The notes under the pieces were generated by a model. That model was not told the origin of the DNA. It saw only the letters and a program-made list of their open reading frames with translations, and did no database searches. Below are positions 18,491-28,900 of a stretch of DNA of 33,733 nucleotides, one piece after another (the first letter of the stretch is position 1; the number at the start of each line of letters is the position of its first letter). The position numbers were made by a program, and so were the translations under genes. Origin of the DNA: Spirochaetaceae bacterium (GTDB lineage Bacteria > Spirochaetota > Spirochaetia > DSM-2461). The stretch is taken from the NCBI GenBank assembly GCA_051531975.1, contig JAOPTT010000021.1, forward strand, positions 1 through 33,733. The letters run 5' to 3'.

Positions 18491-20062
18491 ATGAAAAGAA
18501 ATTCAATTATGTTGATGATGTGCTTTTTTATTGTTGGCTCTTCAGCTATTTTTGCTGGTGCTCAAAATGAAAAGGCTAGTACGGAAAGCGAAATTCCTGT
18601 ACTGGAAGTTTGGTGGGCTGCAGCAAATAATAAAATGGCTGAGACTATGGATGAACCGAATGTTTACCAGCAAAGGGTAATAGATGCAATTGGGATTGGT
18701 TATGAGAAACCAAATGTTCCATGGGGTGGTAGCCGGGATTATGCTGAAAAACTTAAACTGCGTCTTGTAGCCGGTGATGCACCTGATATTATGCGTCTGC
18801 CAAATTCAGGGTTCAGTATTCCTGAATTGATTGATGGTGGAGTTGCTGTTGATATAACAGAACTTCTACCAAAATATGCTCCAACAGTTTATGCCGCAAT
18901 ACCGGATGATATTAAGCAAGTGGTAAAATATGAATCTTCAAATAAAGATAAGATGTATTTTATTCCTGTTATCAGAACTGCTGCTAATCACGGAGCGTTT
19001 ATCAGAAAAGACTGGTTGAAAAGAGTTGGTCTGGATATGCCAAAAACTGAAGAAGATTTCTTTAATGTATTAAGAGCATTTAAAGTACAGGATGCCAATG
19101 GAAATGGTGACCCTAATGATGAAATCCCAACTAGTGGACGTGGTCCAGGTAGATGGTGGGATCACCTTTTTACACCTTTTGGTGTAGCTATGATTGAAGG
19201 ATTCCCAACCTGGGATGTTTATGATGGCAAAGTTCAATACAGCGGTGTTCAACCGGAAATGAGACGGGCTCTGGAAACTTTAAGCAAAGCATATGCAGAA
19301 GGGCTTATTGATCCGGAAGTATTGTTAAATAAACCAAGTGTCTGGGAAGGGAAAATTTTTAATGACCAGGTAGGAATTCATTTTCATATGCCTATATTCC
19401 TTGGCGGAAAAATCCCAAAACTATATCCAAATTACCCGGAAGCTGAATGGGCATGGTTACCTCCTTTTAAAGTATCGGGAGTAGACGCAAAATGGTCGAA
19501 AGGTTATGTTTCTTCACAGAATACCAATGAAAAAGTTGTCTTTACTGGTGATGAAGAGACTGTAATTAATGCTCTGAAACTTCTTGAATACCTGCAGACA
19601 CCGGAAGTTACTAAAGCCAATATTGATGGGATTGAAGGACATAGTTATAATATTGTAAATGGTAAAATGGTTGTAATTCCTAAAACTGAACAAGGTGATG
19701 AAATTAACTCCTGGGTTCAGGATGTACCGGTACGGACTACAGAAATTTTCAAATATGCCACACTAAAGAGTGTAAATGAAATGGATGCAGGAATACTACA
19801 GACAAGAGCTGCTGATACAATGAAGAACGTGTATAATGATGCTAAAATAATCTCTACTGTAGGGCCAAATCTTCCATCAGCTATTTATGACGGTTTTCCA
19901 GATATATCATCACATCAATTATACTTCTCTATGATGGCTAAGATTCTTATTGGTGAAAAACCAATAGAATATTTTGATGATTTTGTTAAAAAGTGGTATG
20001 CCACTGGTGGTGATGAAGTAACTAAACTTGCTCAAAAAGCTGCTGCTGACCTTGGATTATAA
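18491..20062 (+). CDS. Carbohydrate ABC transporter substrate-binding protein
   Basis: Start reassigned to ATG 18491 (AAGGAG RBS). Signal peptide MKRNSIMLMMCFFIVGSSAIFAGAQNE; IRKDWLKRVGL, QDANGNGDPNDEIP, FDDFVKKWYATGG. Confidence 0.92.
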   Translation: MKRNSIMLMMCFFIVGSSAIFAGAQNEKASTESEIPVLEVWWAAANNKMAETMDEPNVYQQRVIDAIGIGYEKPNVPWGGSRDYAEKLKLRLVAGDAPDIMRLPNSGFSIPELIDGGVAVDITELLPKYAPTVYAAIPDDIKQVVKYESSNKDKMYFIPVIRTAANHGAFIRKDWLKRVGLDMPKTEEDFFNVLRAFKVQDANGNGDPNDEIPTSGRGPGRWWDHLFTPFGVAMIEGFPTWDVYDGKVQYSGVQPEMRRALETLSKAYAEGLIDPEVLLNKPSVWEGKIFNDQVGIHFHMPIFLGGKIPKLYPNYPEAEWAWLPPFKVSGVDAKWSKGYVSSQNTNEKVVFTGDEETVINALKLLEYLQTPEVTKANIDGIEGHSYNIVNGKMVVIPKTEQGDEINSWVQDVPVRTTEIFKYATLKSVNEMDAGILQTRAADTMKNVYNDAKIISTVGPNLPSAIYDGFPDISSHQLYFSMMAKILIGEKPIEYFDDFVKKWYATGGDEVTKLAQKAAADLGL

Positions 20063-20095
20063 TCTAATAACCAGCAAAAATAAAATATATTAACT

Positions 20096-20123
20096 GGGAG
20101 AGGTCTGGAAACAGACTTCTTCC
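20096..20123 (+). other. Intergenic stem-loop after the binding-protein gene
   Basis: GGGAGAGGTCTG-GAAA-CAGACTTCTTCC: 12-bp stem (two G-U pairs), GNRA loop, no strong U tract. Confidence 0.7.
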
Positions 20124-20157
20124 TATTATAAACAGGAAAGGAAAACGGATACCATAA

Positions 20158-22524
20158 ATGAGACCATTAAATTCCCAAGGGTTTGTGACTGCCTGGCTTA
20201 TTTCCGGTCCAATTGAAATGCCATTCCATCGGTCAAATAACCGAAATAATCAGATAGAATTTGAACAGGATCTTCGGGCTGCTCTGGCTGAAGAAGAGTT
20301 TGTCTCAATGAGCAGTAATTATATACTTGGAAACAATAGTGAACTAGGGGTTCCTTGGAGGTATTTCTACTCTTATGACAACTGGTTTGTTGACGTTTCC
20401 ACATTTTACCGAATTCCACAAAAAGTGGAATTACAGACAGTATGCTGTATCTATTCCCAGAAAGACAGAGAAGTTCAGGCAACAGTCTGGACATATGCTG
20501 CACTGGATATCCAAATAAATAAACAGCATATATGCTCTATAAAACAACCGGTTTATAAACCTATTCAAAGTAAAACTTTAAATATTAAATTGTCTGCAGG
20601 TAGCAACATTATTGAAGTCAGAATGTTAAATCTTGGACTTAGAGACACCCGTAATCTTTTTGGATTTCAGCTACATGATGACTCTAATGAGCTGCTACAG
20701 TATCTACCGAACCAGCAGACTTCAGAGGAATATTTTACTATAGCCGACTGGCTCGATGAAATAAACATAACAAACGGAAAACTAATCTTTAACGGATCTG
20801 CTCCTGAAGGAACCTTCATGAAAGCCGGGGATGAAATTATTCATCTAGAAAAAACAAATGTTAAATTATTGAATAATAGCTGGAAAACATTAGAGATTTC
20901 TGTACCAGTTGAGAATGGTTTATTAAGTAGAAATCTGGATATTATAGAAAATATTAAACCTGAATTTATAGACCTGAAGCTGCCTACGGAAACCGGAATA
21001 TTTAAAGAAATAGCTGATAAAGATAATATGATATTTAATATTCTGGCTAAATGTGCCCTAGGACACTTTGAAAAAGCCGATAAAAAAAATATTTTATATA
21101 CTTTGTCATTGATAGAAAATAGGATCGATACTGCGGATTTTCTACTAACAGCTCTGTTCAGACTGTTGAATGAGTATGAGTATGAACTGGATCTGCAGCT
21201 TATAGCGAGGATAAAAGAAGTCCTTTTGAAATTCAGATATTGGATGGATGAAAAAGGTTCTGACGGAATGTGTTTCTGGAGTGAAAATCATTCCTTAATG
21301 TTTTTTAGTGCAGCAATGTTTGCAGGACAACGTTATCCAACTGATCTATTTTCATTATCAGGGAAAACTGGTAAAGAAATTCAAATGGTAGCCAAAGAAC
21401 GATGTCTAGAATGGTTAACTGATGTTGAAATTAATGGATTTGAAGAGTACAACAGTTCTGGATATATGGTAGTTACTTTCTGTGCCTTGCTTAACATTGT
21501 AGATTACGGTGATGTCGATATTTGTGTAAGAGCTAGCTCATTGGCTGATCGACTTCTGGAAAATCTTGCTCTTCATTCATTTAATGGATCTGCAATTGCT
21601 CCACAGGCAAGGGTATATCATGATGTAATATACCCATTCCAACAGGGAACACAGGCTCTGATTAATTATATAGATCCGGAACAGCCTTACAGATATCAAC
21701 ACTGGTTATCCCTGACTGCAGGTACAAAATATAAAGCCCCAGAGCACTTGAAAAAACTGATGAAAAACAGTGTGGATACAGAATATCTTTCAGGTAATGC
21801 AAGAATAATTATTAAAAAAACAGCGGATTATATTTTGACTTCAACACAATCGGAAAAAAGTGATGCTGAAAACCGAAGATGGCCAAATATTTTAAATAAC
21901 ACGGATGCAGCTAATAGAAGTCTGCTGTATGTGAAATCGATGAACGAATGTTACCATGGAACTACATATTTCCGCCCTGGCGTTTACGGTTATCAACAAC
22001 ATTTATGGTATGCCGCTCTGGATAATGATTGTGTAGTTTTTGCCAATCACCCTGGTGGAACATCAACAGCAAGTTCAATGCGTCCAGGTTATTGGTATGG
22101 AAACGGTGTTCTACCGGCTGTTAAGCAGAAGAGTAAAATATTAGGTACTATATTTAATATACCTGACTGTCATCCCATCAGTTTTGTCCATCTGTTCTGG
22201 CCTGAACCTAAATTTGATTTTACTGAATCAGATGGACAATGGCTGTGGGCCAGAAAAGCCCATGGGTATATTGGCATCTGGTGTAATCACTCCCTAGAAA
22301 AATATAATGACAGGTTATTTGATTGCGAATACAGGGTATATAAAAAGAAAACAGCATTTATTGTTAAATGTTCTTCTGAAAAAGAGAGTGGGAATTTTGA
22401 TAATTTCAAAAATGAATGTTTGAATCTTAAACCTTTATTCGATTCAGATAGATTATTATTAACAACAACAGAGGGTTTCAAATTGATATTTAAAGGATCT
22501 GAGGATCTTACCCAATATATTTAA
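20158..22524 (+). CDS. Uncharacterised 788-aa protein, possible carbohydrate-active enzyme
   Basis: Long ORF inside the operon, no signal peptide; motifs FRYWMDE, CFWSENH, FEEYNSSGY, GYQQHLW, NHPG, RPGYWYGNG. Function not established. Confidence 0.75.
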   Translation: MRPLNSQGFVTAWLISGPIEMPFHRSNNRNNQIEFEQDLRAALAEEEFVSMSSNYILGNNSELGVPWRYFYSYDNWFVDVSTFYRIPQKVELQTVCCIYSQKDREVQATVWTYAALDIQINKQHICSIKQPVYKPIQSKTLNIKLSAGSNIIEVRMLNLGLRDTRNLFGFQLHDDSNELLQYLPNQQTSEEYFTIADWLDEINITNGKLIFNGSAPEGTFMKAGDEIIHLEKTNVKLLNNSWKTLEISVPVENGLLSRNLDIIENIKPEFIDLKLPTETGIFKEIADKDNMIFNILAKCALGHFEKADKKNILYTLSLIENRIDTADFLLTALFRLLNEYEYELDLQLIARIKEVLLKFRYWMDEKGSDGMCFWSENHSLMFFSAAMFAGQRYPTDLFSLSGKTGKEIQMVAKERCLEWLTDVEINGFEEYNSSGYMVVTFCALLNIVDYGDVDICVRASSLADRLLENLALHSFNGSAIAPQARVYHDVIYPFQQGTQALINYIDPEQPYRYQHWLSLTAGTKYKAPEHLKKLMKNSVDTEYLSGNARIIIKKTADYILTSTQSEKSDAENRRWPNILNNTDAANRSLLYVKSMNECYHGTTYFRPGVYGYQQHLWYAALDNDCVVFANHPGGTSTASSMRPGYWYGNGVLPAVKQKSKILGTIFNIPDCHPISFVHLFWPEPKFDFTESDGQWLWARKAHGYIGIWCNHSLEKYNDRLFDCEYRVYKKKTAFIVKCSSEKESGNFDNFKNECLNLKPLFDSDRLLLTTTEGFKLIFKGSEDLTQYI

Positions 22525-22559
22525 ATTCCTAAATGGAATAGCTGAAGGGATATAAATGA

Positions 22560-25500
22560 ATGAGTAATAACTATAAAACAAATGGAGATATGAATATGGA
22601 CATACAAAGCTTAAAAGATAAATCTTATCAGATTAAAGAGAATATATATAAGGGGATCTGCCCTTTTCAAATAGAAGCCTGGGTAACGAAAGAACCCCTA
22701 CCCTATAGTGACAGAAAAAGTGGAACATATAAAAAACTTAATGTAGGTGATAAGTGGGGAGAAGAACTTTTCGATTGCGCCTGGTTCCGGTTCAGCTGTG
22801 ATGTTCCGGAGGAGTGTATTGACGAAAGGCTTTTTGCCCTGCTGGATATAAGTGGTGAAATGCTTGTCGTCGATAAAAATGGGAATTCCGTAGAGGGATT
22901 AACTAACCAGAACTCCGTCTTTTCTAAAGAACTAGGTAAACCAGGTAAAATTTCCTATGAACTACCGAAAAAAGGTGAAACTTTTGTAGAAATATGGGCC
23001 GATGGAGGTCTTAACGATCTATTTGGCGCCATTCAGGATGAAGGAAAAATCCTTAGAGCATCCCTGGTTATACGTAATGAGAAACTACATCAGTTATGGT
23101 TTGATTTTCTATTCCTGACAAGTCTTATAGAAGCTATGGAAGATGATTCTGAGAAACAAAAAAAGTTGATTCTGGATCTAAAAGAGGCAACGGATATTCT
23201 GAAATCCTTTTCCGATAGTGAAATATCACAGGTTACAGCTCTTCTGCAACCTCACCTCAATACATCTGTTTCAGTCGATAGACAGGATAAAACGTTTCAG
23301 GTATCGGCAGTAGGCCATGCCCACCTCGATCTCGCCTGGCTTTGGCCTATCCGGGAGACCATTAGAAAGGGAGCCAGAACTTTTGCCACTGCCTTAAGAT
23401 CAATGGAACGTTATGATGAATATGTCTTTGGAGCTAGTCAGCCCCAGCTTTATGTATGGATAAAAGAGTATTATCCAGATTTATATGAAAAGATAAAGGT
23501 AAGAATTGCTGAAGGGCGATGGGATGTTCAAGGGGGATTGTGGACTGAGTGCGACACCAATCTTGTTTCAAGTGAATCTCTAATCAGACAGCTTGTATAT
23601 GGAATCCGGTTTTTTGAAGAGGAATTTGGTATTAAAGTAAACAATTTTATGCTTCCCGATGCCTTCGGATTTTCCGCAGCTCTACCACAGATAATGTCTC
23701 TCTCCGGTATAGAGTTCTTTATAACCATGAAGCCAGCCTGGAATTTGATCAACAAATTTCCTTATCACTCTTTTATATGGAAAGGAATCGATGGTTCGGA
23801 AATACCTTCCCACATTATTCCCGAGGGAACCTATAATGGCCGAGGAACAGCCAGGTCATTTACAATGACAAAAGATAATTACCGTGAAAAAGATGTATCG
23901 GATCACGCACTTGTCCTTTATGGAATAGGAGACGGCGGTGGAGGTCCTGGACTGGAACATATTGAATCTTTAAGAAGATCTTCAAGGTGTGCAGAACTCC
24001 CTAAAGTCAGACAGGAGCGAGTTGGGGCATTTTATAAAAGGTGGATAAAACAGCGTGATAGTTTTCCTATATGGAATGATGAAATCTATTTAGAAAGGCA
24101 TCAGGGAACCTTTACGAGCCAGGGTAGAACAAAAAAGATGAACCGTTCCACTGAACATTCCCTGTTCAAAGCGGAATTTCTCGCAGTAGTTTCTAATATA
24201 TTAACAAATAAAAAGTTTGATTCTGATGAACGGCATATGATAAAAGAGATATGGAAAGAGACTCTACTCTATCAATTTCATGATATTCTACCTGGATCAT
24301 CTATTAAAAGGGTTTATGATGAGATTATTCCCCGATATGTGGAAAACCTGAAAACTCTTAATGGTTATATAAATAATAAAATATCTCTGATAGCTAAATT
24401 GATTCAAACAAACAACAGTAATCCATCTAAAATGTATATGAACTTCACCTCATTTCAACGGGATGAGTGGGTTAATAATGGGGAAAACTGGAACAAAGTA
24501 TCAATGGCTCCAATGGCTTTTGCATTTAGCGATTCTATAGACAAATCAACCAATAATATAGCTGTTTCTACAGATAAAACAGGAACTATAGAAAATGAGT
24601 TTTTTAAACTTACATTCTCTTTAGAAGGATGGATAAACTCAATTTGGGATAAAAAATCAAAAAGAGAAGTTCTAAGTTCAGAAGGAAGAGGAAATCTGCT
24701 TTCAGTTTATCAGGATGATGGTGACTGTTGGGATTTCCCACTGGATTATAGGAGTAAACTTATAAGTAACCCAAAACTAGAATCGGTTTTATATAAAGTT
24801 GAAGGACCCTGTGTTTCTGCACATATGAATTACATATTTGGAGATTCCACTATTGAGCAGGAGGTTCGATTGACCTCAGGGAGCAAAAGAATCGATTTCA
24901 TAACAAAAGCAGACTGGAAAGATGAGGCAAAGATGCTTCGGGTCGGTTTTGATGTTAATGTATTATCTAGAGTTGCAGCATATGAAATTCAGGGTGGTTA
25001 TATAGAAAGACCAACTCATGATAATACGAGTTGGGATAAGGCAAAAGAAGAAGTTCCTGCACAACGTTGGGCCGATCTCTCACAGGCTGACAAAGGTGTA
25101 GCGTTACTCAACGATTGTAAATATGGCCACAGAATAAAGGGTAATACTATGGAACTAACCCTGCTAAGAAGTAGTCAGTTACCTCGGGTTTTTGTTGATG
25201 TCGATTCAACAGATAGATTCAATGATTGTTACACGGATCTAGAAGACCACGAGTTTACCTATTCTCTTTTTCCCCATAATGGAAATGATCTGAAACAGGT
25301 GATAAGGGAAGCCTCATTCCTGAATAGCCCTATTGAGATTTACAATATTGATTCTTCTATAACAGCTGAATCGGCTGACTTCTCTTTTTTCAGAACTGAT
25401 AATGATGCAGTAATCATTCAGTCTGTAAAACCGGCTGAAGATAATAATTCTATAATAATCCGGCTTTATGAATCAATCGGTGGTGATGTTGATTGTAGTT

Positions 25501-25640
25501 TATCTTTATATAAAACACCTTCCTCAGCTTTTACTTGTGATCTGCTTGAGGAAAGTGGAGAACATATTCCTGTAATCGATGGAAAATTACAGCTGCACTT
25601 TAAACCCTTTCAGATTATTACAATAAAACTGGAGTATTAA
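22560..25640 (+). CDS. Alpha-mannosidase, GH38 (start may be ATG 22596)
   Basis: GHAHLDLAWLWP, LPDAFG nucleophile motif, GIGDGGGGP, YLERHQGT, QFHDILPGSSI, LLNDCKYG. Confidence 0.95.
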   Translation: MSNNYKTNGDMNMDIQSLKDKSYQIKENIYKGICPFQIEAWVTKEPLPYSDRKSGTYKKLNVGDKWGEELFDCAWFRFSCDVPEECIDERLFALLDISGEMLVVDKNGNSVEGLTNQNSVFSKELGKPGKISYELPKKGETFVEIWADGGLNDLFGAIQDEGKILRASLVIRNEKLHQLWFDFLFLTSLIEAMEDDSEKQKKLILDLKEATDILKSFSDSEISQVTALLQPHLNTSVSVDRQDKTFQVSAVGHAHLDLAWLWPIRETIRKGARTFATALRSMERYDEYVFGASQPQLYVWIKEYYPDLYEKIKVRIAEGRWDVQGGLWTECDTNLVSSESLIRQLVYGIRFFEEEFGIKVNNFMLPDAFGFSAALPQIMSLSGIEFFITMKPAWNLINKFPYHSFIWKGIDGSEIPSHIIPEGTYNGRGTARSFTMTKDNYREKDVSDHALVLYGIGDGGGGPGLEHIESLRRSSRCAELPKVRQERVGAFYKRWIKQRDSFPIWNDEIYLERHQGTFTSQGRTKKMNRSTEHSLFKAEFLAVVSNILTNKKFDSDERHMIKEIWKETLLYQFHDILPGSSIKRVYDEIIPRYVENLKTLNGYINNKISLIAKLIQTNNSNPSKMYMNFTSFQRDEWVNNGENWNKVSMAPMAFAFSDSIDKSTNNIAVSTDKTGTIENEFFKLTFSLEGWINSIWDKKSKREVLSSEGRGNLLSVYQDDGDCWDFPLDYRSKLISNPKLESVLYKVEGPCVSAHMNYIFGDSTIEQEVRLTSGSKRIDFITKADWKDEAKMLRVGFDVNVLSRVAAYEIQGGYIERPTHDNTSWDKAKEEVPAQRWADLSQADKGVALLNDCKYGHRIKGNTMELTLLRSSQLPRVFVDVDSTDRFNDCYTDLEDHEFTYSLFPHNGNDLKQVIREASFLNSPIEIYNIDSSITAESADFSFFRTDNDAVIIQSVKPAEDNNSIIIRLYESIGGDVDCSLSLYKTPSSAFTCDLLEESGEHIPVIDGKLQLHFKPFQIITIKLEY

Positions 25641-25641
25641 G

Positions 25642-25899
25642 ATGGAATTAACAGAAGAAAATATTAGAGAAATAGTAAGAATAAACCTCCAGCCCTTTAT
25701 CAGGGTTGATGGTGGTGATATTGAATTTGAAAAGTTTGATAGTGATAACATCATTCATTTGGGAGCTCATGCCGAATGTGCAATCTGTCCGGCATCACCA
25801 GACAGGCTCAAATGGTGGGTTGAAAAAGAGTTTAAAAAGGCATTTAACCGGGAGTGTCAAATTATTATAAAAAACCGTATCCCGTATTTTGAGCAATAG
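25642..25899 (+). CDS. NifU C-terminal / Nfu-like CxxC domain protein
   Basis: LQPFIRVDGGDIEF...ECAICPAS..RLK resembles the Nfu pattern xRPxLxxDGGDVE...GACxxCPxS; GGAG RBS inside the upstream gene. Confidence 0.8.
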   Translation: MELTEENIREIVRINLQPFIRVDGGDIEFEKFDSDNIIHLGAHAECAICPASPDRLKWWVEKEFKKAFNRECQIIIKNRIPYFEQ

Positions 25900-25910
25900 G
25901 AATTAGATAG

Positions 25911-28900
25911 ATGGCACATGTAAAAGTAGAAAGAAGAAGTATGTCCCAGAAACAGTGGGCCCGACTGGAATTTGCACGGATTGAAAAACTAGTAACCCGG
26001 CAGAATATAAAAACAGATAACTGGAAAGTACGGATTGGACAGTATTTTCCGGAAAAATATATATGGGATGGTGATTTTCAGCCCATAAACAATGGAGATC
26101 TCTGGGGACGCCCTGACGGTACTGCTGAATTTCGTAGTACTTTTAGAATCCCCCAGTCCATGAAAGGGAAAAAAGTATGGTTATCCATGCTGACCGGGGC
26201 TGAGGTAATTGTCCATAATAATGGTAGGATGTTAGATGGCCTGGACCCAAATCGTACCCGTATTATTTTAACTGAAGACGCCGGTCCCGAGGAGTTCTGT
26301 GAAATTGTTATGGAAGCCTATGTACGTTCAAAACCCGATGATGAACGCTCTCCTAAAACTGAACATCTACGGGGTAGTATACAGAGATTCGATATACCTA
26401 GGTTAGTCGTAATCGATGAGGTTGCCCTGGAACTAAACTATGATCTGTCACTTCTATATGAAATGGCATTTGGTGATTCCATCCCGGAAGATTTGCAGTC
26501 CAGACTTCAGCGTCAAATTGAAAGTCTGCTGAGATTGTTTCCACCTTATGACTGTGAAATAGCTGACTTGTATAGAGCTATGGGGCAAATTATTGAGTTT
26601 CTTAAAGCCCATGTATATCAGGAAATTCCTGTATTTGGACATCAGGGTAAATTGGCCTGTGTAGCCCATTCACATTTGGATATAGCTTATCACTGGAAAG
26701 TGGGCCAGACAGTTCAGAAAAACGCTCGAACTTGCTTGATTCAGCTTCGGCTGATGGATCGTTATCCTGAGTTTACCTATTCTCATACTCAAGCATGGAC
26801 ATATGAAATGTTAGAAGAGTTCTATCCAGAGCTTTTTGAAGAAGTGAAACAACGGATAAGTGAAGGCCGCTGGGAAATAGTCGGCGGAATGTATGTTGAA
26901 CCGGACTGTAATATCCCATCAGCTGAAAGCCTTGTTCGGCAGATTGTTTATGGTAAGAGATATTTTCTCGAAAAATTTGGTATAGAGGTGGATAATTGCT
27001 GGCTTCCAGATGTTTTTGGTAATTCAGCCATTTTGCCTCAGATTCTTAAACTAGGGGGAATTCCTTATTTTGTTTCAAATAAAATGTCCACATGGAACGA
27101 TACTAATCTCTTTCCCCATAATAACTTTCTTTGGAAGGGGCTTGATGGATCTGAAGTTTATGCCTGTGTTCCTCCTGTTCATTTTATTAGCTGGATGGAT
27201 CCTAACGATCTAGCAAAACACTGGGAGACATTTCTAGATAAAGATTGGTGTGACGAGTCTCTACACATGTACGGGTATGGAGATGGTGGCAGTGGAGTAA
27301 CCGAGGATATGTTAGAAACTTTCCCCCGTATACAAAAAATGGCAGGGTTGCCACAGGTTCGTCAAACTACAGGAAAAGAGTATCTGCACTCAGTATTTGA
27401 TAACATTGATAATTCAGAACTACCAGTGTGGGATGGAGAACTCTATCTGGAAATGCACCGTGGAACATTCACTACTAAAGGGGATCTGAAACGGGAAAAT
27501 CGAAAGGGTGAATTACTAGCATATGTAGTTGAATCCTTATGTGTTATGGCAACACTGAATGGTAAAAATTACCCATCAGAAAAGATCAGTAAAACTTGGA
27601 AGAAGTTACTTCTTAATCAATTCCATGACATAGTTCCAGGAAGTCATACACAACCTGTATTTCTAGATGCGATGGAAACCTATAGTAGTATGGTTGAAGA
27701 TTTTGATAAATTAAAAAAAGATGCTATGAATATAATTGCTCCTGAATCAGAAATTGATGATGTCTGTATTATTAATCCTTTTAGTGATTGCCGCTCAGGG
27801 ATTGCTGTACTAAAAAACAATCTGGATTCTGTAACTGTCTGGGGAAAATCCCTAAGCGATTTTGAAGGCAGAACCTACCCTATTCAAGATCAATATGTAC
27901 CTCAGCAGAATATTTCCCGGACCGTAACCGCCATACCAGACATAACATCATTCAGCAGCACAAACTTCAAACTGGTTGATTCCGGCCAAAAACAATTGAA
28001 TGATTCATTTATAATAAAACCATCATATATGGAAAATAATTTTTTCACATTAACTTTTGATGACAATCACTGTCTTGTATCCATTTTTGACAAGAAACGA
28101 AGTCGTCAGGTTTTACCTCCTGGAACAATTGGAAATGAATGGCAGATATTCGAAGATAAACCGGGCAAATACAATGCCTGGGATATTTTACCTAACTATG
28201 TTGATCATAGGATAGAGATTAATAATTGGCAGAATGTAGATATTGTGGAAGAAGGACCTTTGTCTATTGCCCTTAAATTCACAAGGACTTTTTCAAAAAG
28301 CAGAGCAGAATTGGTAATCCGGCTTCATGCTGAAATCCCCCGAATTGACTTTGAATCATGGGTGGACTGGCAGGAAACAGAGAAACTGCTCAAAGTGGCA
28401 TTCCCCGTAAATGTCAAATCCCGATATTTCACTACCGATACATCTGCAGGAGGATTGGAACGGGAAAATCATCGTAATACCTCATGGCAGAAAGCCAAAT
28501 TTGAAGTGACTATGCATAAATGGGTTGATCTGTCTGAAGGTCTGTTTGGAGTAACCCTATTAAACGATTGCAAATACGGTTGTGATATCAATGGTAATGT
28601 TATGCGAATATCTCTGCTACGTGCTCCTATTCGCCCCGATCGTGTCAGTGATAAAGGAGAACATCGGTTCACTTATTCACTTTTTACTCATAATGGGGAT
28701 TGGAGAACTGGAGGCGTGACAGAAGCAGCTTATGTCCTAAATGCGCCATTAACTGCAATAATCGGGCATCATGTAGAAACGCCTGAGAATACACCAGTTC
28801 TTTCAATTGATACTATGGCACTCAAATGTCAGTCTTTTAAATGCGCTGAAGATGGTTCAGGTGATATAATTTTAAGATTGGTTGAAGTCTATGGTTCCCA

